From an uncultured Desulfobulbaceae bacterium (GTDB taxonomy: Bacteria > Desulfobacterota > Desulfobulbia > Desulfobulbales > Desulfocapsaceae): 64,000 nucleotides of DNA. The position numbers were made by a program, and so were the translations under genes. The stretch spans positions 33,628 through 97,627 of the forward strand of contig CAISPV010000043.1 of NCBI GenBank assembly GCA_903887485.1, written 5' to 3'. The notes beneath the pieces are model-generated. The model had not been told where the DNA came from and ran no database searches. It saw only the letters and a list, made by a program, of their open reading frames with translations. Shown piece by piece: positions 29,839 through 38,524 of the stretch. The first letter of the stretch is position 1, and each line of letters starts with the position of its first letter.

Positions 29839-30428
29839 CAGCCGAGCAAACACCACCCACTCCGGCCATCCTGCGCGGCCGCATATCCTTTATCCTCCTT
29901 CTGACTGTCACCCTCTTCTTCTCCGGCTGCGCCAAACGCTCCATCGGCCCAAGCGACGGAATAAACAGCCGGGTCATCGAGGCTACCGGTTACTGCGGCT
30001 GTTCCCAATGCTGCGGCTGGGAGCGCGGCAACTGGTACTTTCTCAAGCTCGACTTCTGGAACCGCTACGTCAACTACGGAAAATATGCCGGACGCCCCTA
30101 CACCGGCCTGACCGCTTGCGGCACCACCCCTACCGAGCCCCAGCCCGGATTCTTCTCGCTCGACTCCCTGCAACGGCCGTGGATGATCCCCACCCGCCTG
30201 ATCCTTTTCCCTTGGTATTTCCTGCCCGAAAAAGGCACCATCGCCGCCGACCCCAAGCATTATCCTTTTGGCACCCGGATGTACATCCCCGGCTATGGCT
30301 GGGGGGTGGTCGAAGACAAAGGCGGGGCGATCAAAGGACCTGACCGCATCGACCTCTTCTTTGATTCCCACGCCGACGCCATCCACTGGGGCCGAAGGAA
30401 ATTAACCGTTGAGATCGAACGCCGCTGA
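29835..30428 (+). CDS. Lipoprotein with a 3D (MltA/RlpA-like double-psi barrel) domain
   Basis: Lipobox 'LFFSGC'. The C-terminal 'GWGVVEDKGGAIKGPDRIDLFFDSHADAIHWG' is a 3D-domain signature. The ATG overlaps the mutL stop (ATGA). Confidence 0.65.
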   Translation: MTAEQTPPTPAILRGRISFILLLTVTLFFSGCAKRSIGPSDGINSRVIEATGYCGCSQCCGWERGNWYFLKLDFWNRYVNYGKYAGRPYTGLTACGTTPTEPQPGFFSLDSLQRPWMIPTRLILFPWYFLPEKGTIAADPKHYPFGTRMYIPGYGWGVVEDKGGAIKGPDRIDLFFDSHADAIHWGRRKLTVEIERR

Positions 30429-30459
30429 AAAAAGTTAACCACAGGACAACACCGCCAGA

Positions 30460-31974
30460 ATGGATAAAGAATTGCAGCAGATCTTTACCAGCGCCCCGTT
30501 CATCATCGCCGTTGTTGACAAGGAGATGCGGGTGTTACGGCTGAATCCAGCCATGGAGGCCCTGGTCGGATTCAAATCAGAGGAGGCCCGGGGCCGACAT
30601 TGCTATGACTGCTGGGGACAATATGCCAGGGATGACACCCGGCGCGGGATAGAGAGGATATGTGATGTCTGTCAGGTTGCAGCCACCTTGCTTGATGGCG
30701 AAACGCATTTGTATGAAAGAAAGGTTGGCGATAAAATCTTTGAGATTGTCACCAGTCCTGTTCGGGACCCGCATGGCACAATCATCGGGGCAATGGAGGT
30801 AGGGGCTGATATTACCGAGCGTTCTCGGGCAACACAGTCTCTGCAGGAGAGTGAAAACCGGTATCGATCCTTGTTTGAAAGCTCGCCCAATATTATTGGT
30901 GTCGCCAACTTTTCCGGAATGAAAAAATATCTTGCCGACTTGTCACGGCAAGGGGTGAGGGATTACGAAGCGTTTTTCCGGGCCAACCCGCAGGAAGTCG
31001 CCGCCTGTCTGTCACAGTTACAGATTTTAGAGATAAACCAAGTCACGCTCAGCCTTTTCGGGGCCGCCTCCCAGCAGGAATTTATTCACAGACTGTTCAC
31101 CATTATTGGCCCGGAAACCATCCCCTCGACCATCGGGGGGATCTGCGCCATGGGCAGAGGTGAAACCTCCCATGAAAATGAAATAATTTTCTATCACCTG
31201 CAGGGGACTAAAATTTACGGCATCTTCCGCTGGAATGTGGCACCTGGTTACGAAGGGGGATATGAGCGGGTGATCCTCTCCTTTACTGATATTACGGAGA
31301 GGAAAAATGCCGAAGATAAACTGGCACAGCACCGTGAACAATTGCAGAAGTTATCTTCACGCCTGATCGAGACGGAAGAAATTGAGCGCCGCCATATTGC
31401 CAGGCAGTTGCATGACCAAATCGGTCAACAGCTTACCGCCCTGGGTCTTAACCTGCATATTCTGGGGCAGAGTGTCCCGCCGGAACAACACCAGCGTATC
31501 GATGACTCGCTTGAGCTAATTGCCGCAATGACCGGGCAGGTACGCGATATCATGGCAGACCTCAGACCGCCGGTCCTTGACGACTATGGCCTGCGCGCGG
31601 CCTTACGCTGGTACGCTTCTGTCTTTACCAAACGAACAGGGGTGGAGGTCATCGTTTTTGCCAGGATTCCGCGCCTGCCTGCCAACCTTGAGACAGCCCT
31701 TTTCCGCATCACTCAGGAGGCGTTGAACAATGTGATCAAACATTCCCAGGCAACCGATGTGGAGATCCATTGCGCCATGGATGACAATCTGTTGTCTCTG
31801 GCCATACACGACAATGGTTGCGGCATTCAGGGCATGGAGGAGGATGCGTTGCCGGAATCACAAACATGGGGCCTGCTGTCCATGCGGGAGAGGATTGAAT
31901 CGTTTGGCGGAAGACAGGTCGTGGCTTCACGACCTGGGGGTGGAACAATCATTACTGTTGAGGTCCAGATATGA
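30460..31974 (+). CDS. PAS-domain sensor histidine kinase (HisKA_3 / NarX-DegS type)
   Basis: Two PAS-like regions, H-box 'ERRHIARQLHDQIGQQL', and ATPase motifs 'EALNNVIKHS' and 'HDNGCGI'. Confidence 0.85.
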   Translation: MDKELQQIFTSAPFIIAVVDKEMRVLRLNPAMEALVGFKSEEARGRHCYDCWGQYARDDTRRGIERICDVCQVAATLLDGETHLYERKVGDKIFEIVTSPVRDPHGTIIGAMEVGADITERSRATQSLQESENRYRSLFESSPNIIGVANFSGMKKYLADLSRQGVRDYEAFFRANPQEVAACLSQLQILEINQVTLSLFGAASQQEFIHRLFTIIGPETIPSTIGGICAMGRGETSHENEIIFYHLQGTKIYGIFRWNVAPGYEGGYERVILSFTDITERKNAEDKLAQHREQLQKLSSRLIETEEIERRHIARQLHDQIGQQLTALGLNLHILGQSVPPEQHQRIDDSLELIAAMTGQVRDIMADLRPPVLDDYGLRAALRWYASVFTKRTGVEVIVFARIPRLPANLETALFRITQEALNNVIKHSQATDVEIHCAMDDNLLSLAIHDNGCGIQGMEEDALPESQTWGLLSMRERIESFGGRQVVASRPGGGTIITVEVQI

Positions 31975-32612
31975 ACGTGCGGCTGGCTCTGGTGGACGAT
32001 CATGCCATTATCCGGGAAGGACTGCGCTATCTCCTCGAACAGAGTTCCTTTATTAAGGTCATTGGCGAGGCAGCAACAGGTCGTGAATGTCTGGCCAGGA
32101 TCGAAGAGTGGCGACCGGATATGGTGATTATGGATATCGCCATGCCCGACATCAATGGCATCGAGGCCACGCGGCTCATAAAAGAACAGTGGCCACAGGT
32201 CAAGGTCATCATCCTTTCGGTGCATTCCACCTCGGAACACATCTACCGGGCCTTTGAGGCGGGCGCTTGTGGCTATGTGCTCAAAGAATCGATAGGCGAG
32301 GAACTTATCAATGCCATCAAGGCTGCCCAGGGCAACAAGCGTTATCTGAGCATGAGCATAGACGATGCCAATCTTGAAATGAAAGTTCTGTCTGCTGCCA
32401 GATCACCTCTTACCAGTTTGAGCAACCGGGAACGGCAGGTGCTGCAACTGGTGGTTGAAGGAAACACCAGCGCTTATATCGCCGGACAACTCGCCCTCTC
32501 TCCCAAGACCGTGGAGACCTATAGAAGCCGGATCATGCAGAAGCTGGGCCTGCACGACACCCCCTCTCTGGTGAAGTTTGCCCTGCAGCACGGCCTGACC
32601 ACTATTGGCTAA
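31971..32612 (+). CDS. NarL/LuxR-family response regulator
   Basis: REC motifs 'LVDDHAIIREG' and 'DMVIMDIAMPDINGIE'. LuxR HTH 'LSNRERQVLQLVVEGNTSAYIAGQLALSPKTVETYRSRIMQKLG'. ATGA overlap with the kinase gene. Confidence 0.9.
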   Translation: MNVRLALVDDHAIIREGLRYLLEQSSFIKVIGEAATGRECLARIEEWRPDMVIMDIAMPDINGIEATRLIKEQWPQVKVIILSVHSTSEHIYRAFEAGACGYVLKESIGEELINAIKAAQGNKRYLSMSIDDANLEMKVLSAARSPLTSLSNRERQVLQLVVEGNTSAYIAGQLALSPKTVETYRSRIMQKLGLHDTPSLVKFALQHGLTTIG

Positions 32613-33026
32613 AGAAGATGAATCAGGCTATTTAACTCCCATTTATTCAGCAATTGTGACGCATGTCATGGTTTCCCTACAGACAAGTCCAATTTTCCAT
32701 GACATAATCAAAAAAGAAATATTATTTCATTCCTCAATCAAACGGCTGGAATTTAGAATTTCAGCACGATATAACTGAAACCAGCCATTAGCAGGAAGAT
32801 CAATTCCTGTCAAGGTTGCAAGGCACGAGCATACGAAGGTCCTGGCCTTTATCATTCTGATATCACAACATATTATGAGCATTTTGCAGGCAAACGAGCC
32901 TGCGAGACTTGAAATCCCTTCGACAAACTCAGGGTGAACAATGGCTGCATTGAATTTATCAGCCTTTTCCAGTTCGTGGTGAGCCTGTCGAACCACAAAT
33001 AATAGTGTAGAGGAAAGGGGAATGCG

Positions 33027-34310
33027 ATGAGACTCAACTCCCGAAAAGTCAGGGGGCTTGGTATTTTTTTTGTGGTATCGTCGCTCTGTTATTGCACCCT
33101 GCTGTACTATTTCTTCGTCCAGACCCGCGCCTTTGCCTTTAGCGAGGGGGAAAAGCAGATCGAAAGTGTACTGCTCACCCACAAGGCCATCCATTCCTTT
33201 GAGGAGAAGGTGCAGAAACCGGAAATCTACCGGTTGAAGCAAGAGGGACATCTCTACTCCGACTATTTCAGCCCCAAGCTTCTTTCATGTACCTACATGG
33301 CCCGCAACATCGAGGAATACTTCAGTCAGGAACGTGAAAAGATCGGATTACCGCCGTTGTATTTCAAGCTGGCAACAGAAAATCCCCGCATTGAGGTAAA
33401 TGCCGCCGATCCCCTGGAGCGGGATCTGCTCCAGCGCATGAGATCCGGTGCGCTTACCAAATATAGTGAGATGGTGCAGGTTGACGGCCATTATTCACTC
33501 TACTATGCCATCCCCATTGAGAAAACAACCTCCTCCTGCCTGAAGTGCCACGGAGACCCCAAGACAGCTCCGCGTGAGCTACTGGCACAATACGGCGATA
33601 CGAAAGCGTTCCATGAGACCGAAGGGGACATCCGGGCGCTGATATCTATCCGCGTGCCGCTTGATGACCAGATCAAAGCTGCACGGCTGATCTTTGTCCG
33701 GCTCAGTGTCGGCACCGGAATATTGCTGTCATTGCTGTTTACTGTAGTTTCACTATCCGTCGTGCAACTGAAGCGGCATCAACGGATTATTATGTGCCAG
33801 AACGAGGAGTTGAATCGGCTGGCGACTGTGGATGTGCTGACCGGCATCTCTAACCGGCAAGGCTTTGTGGCGATCATGGAGCAGATGCTGGCGTGCGGCA
33901 AGCGGCATGATATGAGTTTAAGCCTGATCATGATGGATCTCGATTTCTTTAAAAAAATCAATGACACATACGGCCATGGTGTCGGGGATGCGGTGCTGGC
34001 GGCAATCGGGAAACTCTTGAACGAGGAGAGACGCTCCTCGGACATCGTGGCACGTTGGGGCGGGGAAGAGTTTATGATCATCTGCCCTCATACCGAACTT
34101 GATGGTGCCGTAAAACTGGCCGAGAAGATTCAGTCTTGTCTGGCCGAGCAGGAGTTTCCTCAGGGAATCCAGATGACCGCGAGTTTTGGTGTAGCTCAGT
34201 ATCGCCCACAAGACACCTTGGATCAACTTGTCGATCGGGTAGATGTGGCTTTATACCGCTCCAAGGATAACGGACGGAACCAGATTCACCAGGAATCGCA
34301 GGACGATTGA
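33027..34310 (+). CDS. Diguanylate cyclase with an N-terminal membrane-flanked haem-c-type (CXXCH, DUF3365-like) sensor domain
   Basis: N-terminal TM, 'SSCLKCHGDPKTAPRELL' (CXXCH), a second TM, then a GGDEF domain with 'RWGGEEFMII'. Confidence 0.8.
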   Translation: MRLNSRKVRGLGIFFVVSSLCYCTLLYYFFVQTRAFAFSEGEKQIESVLLTHKAIHSFEEKVQKPEIYRLKQEGHLYSDYFSPKLLSCTYMARNIEEYFSQEREKIGLPPLYFKLATENPRIEVNAADPLERDLLQRMRSGALTKYSEMVQVDGHYSLYYAIPIEKTTSSCLKCHGDPKTAPRELLAQYGDTKAFHETEGDIRALISIRVPLDDQIKAARLIFVRLSVGTGILLSLLFTVVSLSVVQLKRHQRIIMCQNEELNRLATVDVLTGISNRQGFVAIMEQMLACGKRHDMSLSLIMMDLDFFKKINDTYGHGVGDAVLAAIGKLLNEERRSSDIVARWGGEEFMIICPHTELDGAVKLAEKIQSCLAEQEFPQGIQMTASFGVAQYRPQDTLDQLVDRVDVALYRSKDNGRNQIHQESQDD

Positions 34311-34358
34311 ATATTTTCAGTTTAGTTACCATCTTCCAAACAATCACAGCAAGAGCCC

Positions 34359-35420
34359 ATGAAAACTATCCTCCCCAAAGCAACACTCTTAATCGTTGAA
34401 GATGATCCATTGGTGCGACAGAGTATGGCCTTTTTTCTGGAGAACATCGGCTATCATGTCCTCCAGGCCCAAAATGGCCAAGAGGGGCTGGCGCTCTTTA
34501 TCGAGAAAAATCCTGATCTCATGATCCTCGACCTGCAGATGCCGGGGATGAGCGGGATTGAACTCCTGGCGGCGATTAAAAGCGACCTCCCGAGTATCCC
34601 GACCATCGTCGTCTCCGGCACAGGCTCCCGGGACGATGTCATAGCAACCCTGAAGCTTGGGGCCTGGGATTATCTGACCAAGCCCATTGAGGATATGGCG
34701 GTTCTGGAGCATGCCGTGACCCAGGCCCTGGGAAAGGCCCGCCTGATCACGGAGAACAAACGGTACCAGCTCCATCTGGAAGAAAAGGTCAGCCAACGAA
34801 CTGCGGAACTGGAGCGGCGTGAGCAGGATCTGAAGATGACCTTGATCAGTATTGTGGACGTAGTGGCCTCCATGGTCGAACAACGTGACCCCTATACGGC
34901 CGGCCACGAACGCCGGGTAACCTCTCTGGCCCTGGCCATTGCCAGACAACTGGAACTGGATGAGGAGCGCTATGAGGGGCTGGGACTGGCCGCCACCATC
35001 CACGATCTGGGCAAGGTGGCGATCCCCAGCGAGATCCTCTCCAAACCCGGCAAGCTCACCAGCATTGAGTACCAACTGATTCAGACCCACGCCCAGGCAG
35101 GCTATGACATCCTGTCCAGGGGAACGGCTGAATTCCCCTGGCCCATCAAGACCATTGTCCATCAGCATCATGAACGCATCAACGGCAGCGGCTATCCCCT
35201 CGGCCTCAGCGGCCCGGATTTGCTCATTGAATCACGCATCCTGGCAGTTGCCGATGTGGTTGAGGCCATGGCCTCGCACCGGCCCTACCGGGCGGCTTTG
35301 GGCATTGAGGTGGCGCTTGCTGAAATCACCAGGGGCCAGGGCGTCATCTATGATTCCGATGTGGTCACCGCTTGCCTCGCTCTTTTTGCCAACAAACAGT
35401 TTTCCCTCGAATCCTCATAA
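34359..35420 (+). CDS. Response regulator with an HD-GYP c-di-GMP phosphodiesterase domain
   Basis: REC motifs 'LIVEDDPLV' and 'DLMILDLQMPGMSG'. HD-GYP motifs 'HDLGK' and 'HHERINGSGYP'. Confidence 0.88.
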   Translation: MKTILPKATLLIVEDDPLVRQSMAFFLENIGYHVLQAQNGQEGLALFIEKNPDLMILDLQMPGMSGIELLAAIKSDLPSIPTIVVSGTGSRDDVIATLKLGAWDYLTKPIEDMAVLEHAVTQALGKARLITENKRYQLHLEEKVSQRTAELERREQDLKMTLISIVDVVASMVEQRDPYTAGHERRVTSLALAIARQLELDEERYEGLGLAATIHDLGKVAIPSEILSKPGKLTSIEYQLIQTHAQAGYDILSRGTAEFPWPIKTIVHQHHERINGSGYPLGLSGPDLLIESRILAVADVVEAMASHRPYRAALGIEVALAEITRGQGVIYDSDVVTACLALFANKQFSLESS

Positions 35421-35433
35421 CAAAAAGGCTGCT

Positions 35434-38343
35434 ATGCTCAAGGTAAGCGCCGTCTTCAGTCTCAAGGACACCCACCGGAAAAAGTTCCTGTCCATCTTCC
35501 TTGTCCGTGCCTTTTCTCTGATCACCTTGCTTGCCATCCTCATCTCCATCCATATATGGGAAACCACGCGCCACAATCTCGATCTGGTGATGCAAGAAGA
35601 ACAGAATCACATGGAACTGGCAGAAAACCTGTTCCATCAGGAACTGGAAAGGATGTCAATAAACCTTCTGACCTTTACCGGCACACCAAGCCTCCAGTAC
35701 TTTTTTGCCAACCCGTCAGACCAGGCCGCCCGGCAATCGCTCAACGCGGGCCTCAGTAATTATTTCCAGAACAGAAAGGACCATGACCAGACCCAAGTGA
35801 TGGACAACAACGGCCGGGAGCTTATCCGGGTGGAAAAAAGAGACCAGCAGACCGCGATCATTCCCATAGAGGAACTGGAAAGCAAATCAAAAAACGTTCC
35901 CTTTGATGAAGACCTGCACTTACAGGTCCAAGGCCAGACAGCTATCGCCCCCATGGATCTGGCGCGTGACCAAAAGGGCAATATAGCGCGGCCATTACAC
36001 CCCATACTCCAGTTGGCCGCCCCGATCTTTGACCAGCACAATCACAAGGTTGGCGTCCTCCAGTTTACCTACCAGGGACAACAATTTCTTGATCTCCTTT
36101 CAAAGGTAACAGCTCACCATCATGATTCCGGTGCACTGTTTAACTGCACCCCCCAGATAGTAAACCAGGGAGGGTATTGGCTGCTGGCTCCGGACAAGGA
36201 AGATGAATGGGGATTTGTCCATGATCCGCAACGCCGGTTTGACCGCCGTTTCCCGGAAATCTGGACGGCCATGCTCGCCCGAGGCCAGGGCCAGATCAAG
36301 ACCAAAGACGGACTGTTCACCTTTACGACCCTGCCCCTGGTCTCAAACGAGGGAAGTTCAAGGGATACCAATGACCTTCACCCCGCGAATCTCACGGCAA
36401 AAGCTCAGCAGGACGGAACTCCCTTCTGGCTCCTGATCAGTCAGGTTTCCCCACAGGAATTGGCTCTCCTGAATGCCGACACCATGCGGTTTCACCTCAT
36501 CCTGTTTCTGGTTGTCCTCGCAGGTTCCCTGCCCCTGCTCTGGTGGATCACCCAGCTTCTGAGAAAAGAACAGGAGGATAAAGAACAATTGCAGGCCGAG
36601 AAAAAACGGACGGCCCACCTCAACATTCTGTTGCAGACCATCATCAAAATCCATCGGCTTATTGACCAGGAGAAAGAGCGACAGGAGCTGGTACAGTCAT
36701 GCTGTGACATCCTGATCGCCAGTCGTGGATATGCCAGCGCCTGGATCTTCCTCCTCGATCAAAACGGGAAGATAGCAATCAACGCTGAATCCGGTTTGCG
36801 TCACAACCTCGGACTACTCAAACAGCAGATAAATCTGGGCAATCCTCCGCCCTGTATCCGGGAATGCAGGGCGCAGCAAAACATGGTGGTCATTGATACG
36901 CCCATCATATTCTGCAATGAATGTCCCATGGCAGACAGTTATCCCAGGAGTGGGGTCATGTGCGCCTCACTCGAGCATGACTCCCACGTCTATGGCTATC
37001 TGAATGTCTCACTCCCCATCGACTTCATCGAGGATCAGGAGGAAAAAGATCGGTTCAGTGAAATCGCCAGCGATATTGGGTATGCCCTGTTCAACCTGGA
37101 GCAGCAGCAAAAAAAACTCCAGGCGGAAACGTCCCTGCATCAAAGCGAAGTGCGGCTGCGAAGTATCACCGATTCTGCCCAGGATGCCATTCTGATGATG
37201 GACTCCCAGGGACTTATCTCATTCTGGAATCCGGCAGCCGAGGCAATCCTGGGGTATCGCGCGGAGGAGGCATTAGGAAGGGATCTGCATACCCTGCTGG
37301 CGCCCTTGCGGTATCATGCTGCCTTTCATGCCGCCTTGCCGGAATTTGTTCGTACCGGTCACGGCAATATGATCGGCAAGACACTCGAACTGGCGGCCCT
37401 GCACAAAGATGGCCGGGAAATACCTGTCGCCCTGTCGTTGTCGTCAATCTTCCAGAATGAAAACTGGGAGGCGGTAGGGATACTGCGTGACATAACTGAC
37501 CGTAAGCTCATAGAAGAGCAGATGCTGCAATCAGAAAAGATGAGCACCATTGCCGGCCTGGCCGCAGGCGTCGCCCACGAGATCAACACCCCGCTCTCCG
37601 CCATCCTCCAGTCCATCCAGGTCATCCGCCAGAGCCTTGACCCGGAACTTGCCAGAAATCAGGAGATTGCCGGCCACTGCGGCCTTGATCTTGCCAAGGC
37701 GCAGGACTATTTCCAAAAGCGGGAGATCAATTTTTTCATGGACGGCATCCGGGAGTCGGCAATCAAATCAGGAAAGATCATCGCCAACCTGCTCCAGTTC
37801 AGCCGCCCGCAAAAAATGGAATCCGCCCCGGCAGATCTGGCCGTGTTACTCGACAAATCAGTGGAGCTGGCCAAAAATGATTACGTCCTGAAAAAAAATC
37901 ATGATATCCTGAACATAGAGATCAGCAGGGAATACACCCCGAACCTGCTTCCGGTCTCATGCGTGGCCATGGAGATCGAACAGGTGTTCATCAATCTGCT
38001 GAAAAACGCAGCCCAGGCCATGAGCGACCAGCCGGAGCCAAAGCCCAAACCCCGGATTATCCTGCGCACCCGGCAACAGGGTGAGATGATCCAAGTGGAG
38101 ATAGCAGATAATGGCCCCGGCATGGACGAGAAGACCAAGCGCCATATCTTCGATCCCTTCTTCACCACCAAAGATATCGGGGTGGGCGCCGGGCTTGGCC
38201 TGTCCGTTTCCTACACCATCATTGTCACCAAACATGGAGGACAGTTGACCGTCCACTCGGAACTTGGCCAGGGAACCACTTTTACCATTAACCTGCCGCT
38301 TAACAATGAAAGACAGCAACAGGAAAAATCTTCAGCTCAGTAA
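35434..38343 (+). CDS. Multidomain sensor histidine kinase (TM - extracytoplasmic sensor - TM - GAF-like - PAS - HisKA - HATPase)
   Basis: Start set at the ATG giving 'MLKVSAVF', after the HD-GYP stop. H-box 'AAGVAHEINTPLS'. ATPase motifs 'DNGPGM' and 'GAGLGLS'. Confidence 0.85.
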   Translation: MLKVSAVFSLKDTHRKKFLSIFLVRAFSLITLLAILISIHIWETTRHNLDLVMQEEQNHMELAENLFHQELERMSINLLTFTGTPSLQYFFANPSDQAARQSLNAGLSNYFQNRKDHDQTQVMDNNGRELIRVEKRDQQTAIIPIEELESKSKNVPFDEDLHLQVQGQTAIAPMDLARDQKGNIARPLHPILQLAAPIFDQHNHKVGVLQFTYQGQQFLDLLSKVTAHHHDSGALFNCTPQIVNQGGYWLLAPDKEDEWGFVHDPQRRFDRRFPEIWTAMLARGQGQIKTKDGLFTFTTLPLVSNEGSSRDTNDLHPANLTAKAQQDGTPFWLLISQVSPQELALLNADTMRFHLILFLVVLAGSLPLLWWITQLLRKEQEDKEQLQAEKKRTAHLNILLQTIIKIHRLIDQEKERQELVQSCCDILIASRGYASAWIFLLDQNGKIAINAESGLRHNLGLLKQQINLGNPPPCIRECRAQQNMVVIDTPIIFCNECPMADSYPRSGVMCASLEHDSHVYGYLNVSLPIDFIEDQEEKDRFSEIASDIGYALFNLEQQQKKLQAETSLHQSEVRLRSITDSAQDAILMMDSQGLISFWNPAAEAILGYRAEEALGRDLHTLLAPLRYHAAFHAALPEFVRTGHGNMIGKTLELAALHKDGREIPVALSLSSIFQNENWEAVGILRDITDRKLIEEQMLQSEKMSTIAGLAAGVAHEINTPLSAILQSIQVIRQSLDPELARNQEIAGHCGLDLAKAQDYFQKREINFFMDGIRESAIKSGKIIANLLQFSRPQKMESAPADLAVLLDKSVELAKNDYVLKKNHDILNIEISREYTPNLLPVSCVAMEIEQVFINLLKNAAQAMSDQPEPKPKPRIILRTRQQGEMIQVEIADNGPGMDEKTKRHIFDPFFTTKDIGVGAGLGLSVSYTIIVTKHGGQLTVHSELGQGTTFTINLPLNNERQQQEKSSAQ

Positions 38344-38345
38344 TG

Positions 38346-38490
38346 TCCGGTTAAAAACCGGCATTCAAAGCATTTACTCCCTCTCCCCTCGGGGAGAGGG
38401 TTGGGGTGAGGGGGAAATTGCCAACACAGTCTCATCCGGCAACTTCCCCCCCACCCTGACCCTCCCCCTCCAGTGGGGAGGGGACTTTTA
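38346..38490. repeat. GC-rich nested palindrome ('GEG' family), copy 2
   Basis: Starts with CCGGTTAAAAACCGG. Hairpins are CCCTCTCCCCTCGGGGAGAGGG and CCCTCCCC..GGGGAGGG. GGGGTGAGGGGGA pairs with TCCCCCCCACCC. Confidence 0.8.
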
Positions 38491-38524
38491 CAAAAAACCA
38501 ACACCACCCAGTTGAACTCTTATA

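Noticed and set aside
32727-33251. A 174-aa minus-strand ORF spanning the AT-rich spacer and the start of the diguanylate cyclase gene.
   Set aside because: Its 5' half is antisense to the well-supported GGDEF gene. The remainder has no start codon of its own, no RBS and no motif.
35104-35433. An N-terminal 110-aa extension of the large histidine kinase ORF, as given in the ORF track (start 35104).
   Set aside because: The extension overlaps the 3' end of the HD-GYP gene in another frame. The ATG at 35434, giving 'MLKVSAVF...' followed by a TM helix, is the sensible start.
38264-38515. An 83-aa ORF containing 'SPRGEGWGEGE', with similar short ORFs over the other GC-rich repeats (for example 59157-59345 and 59249-59479).
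   Set aside because: They are translations of the nested palindromic repeat elements. The same DNA reads as an ORF on both strands and recurs in intergenic positions.
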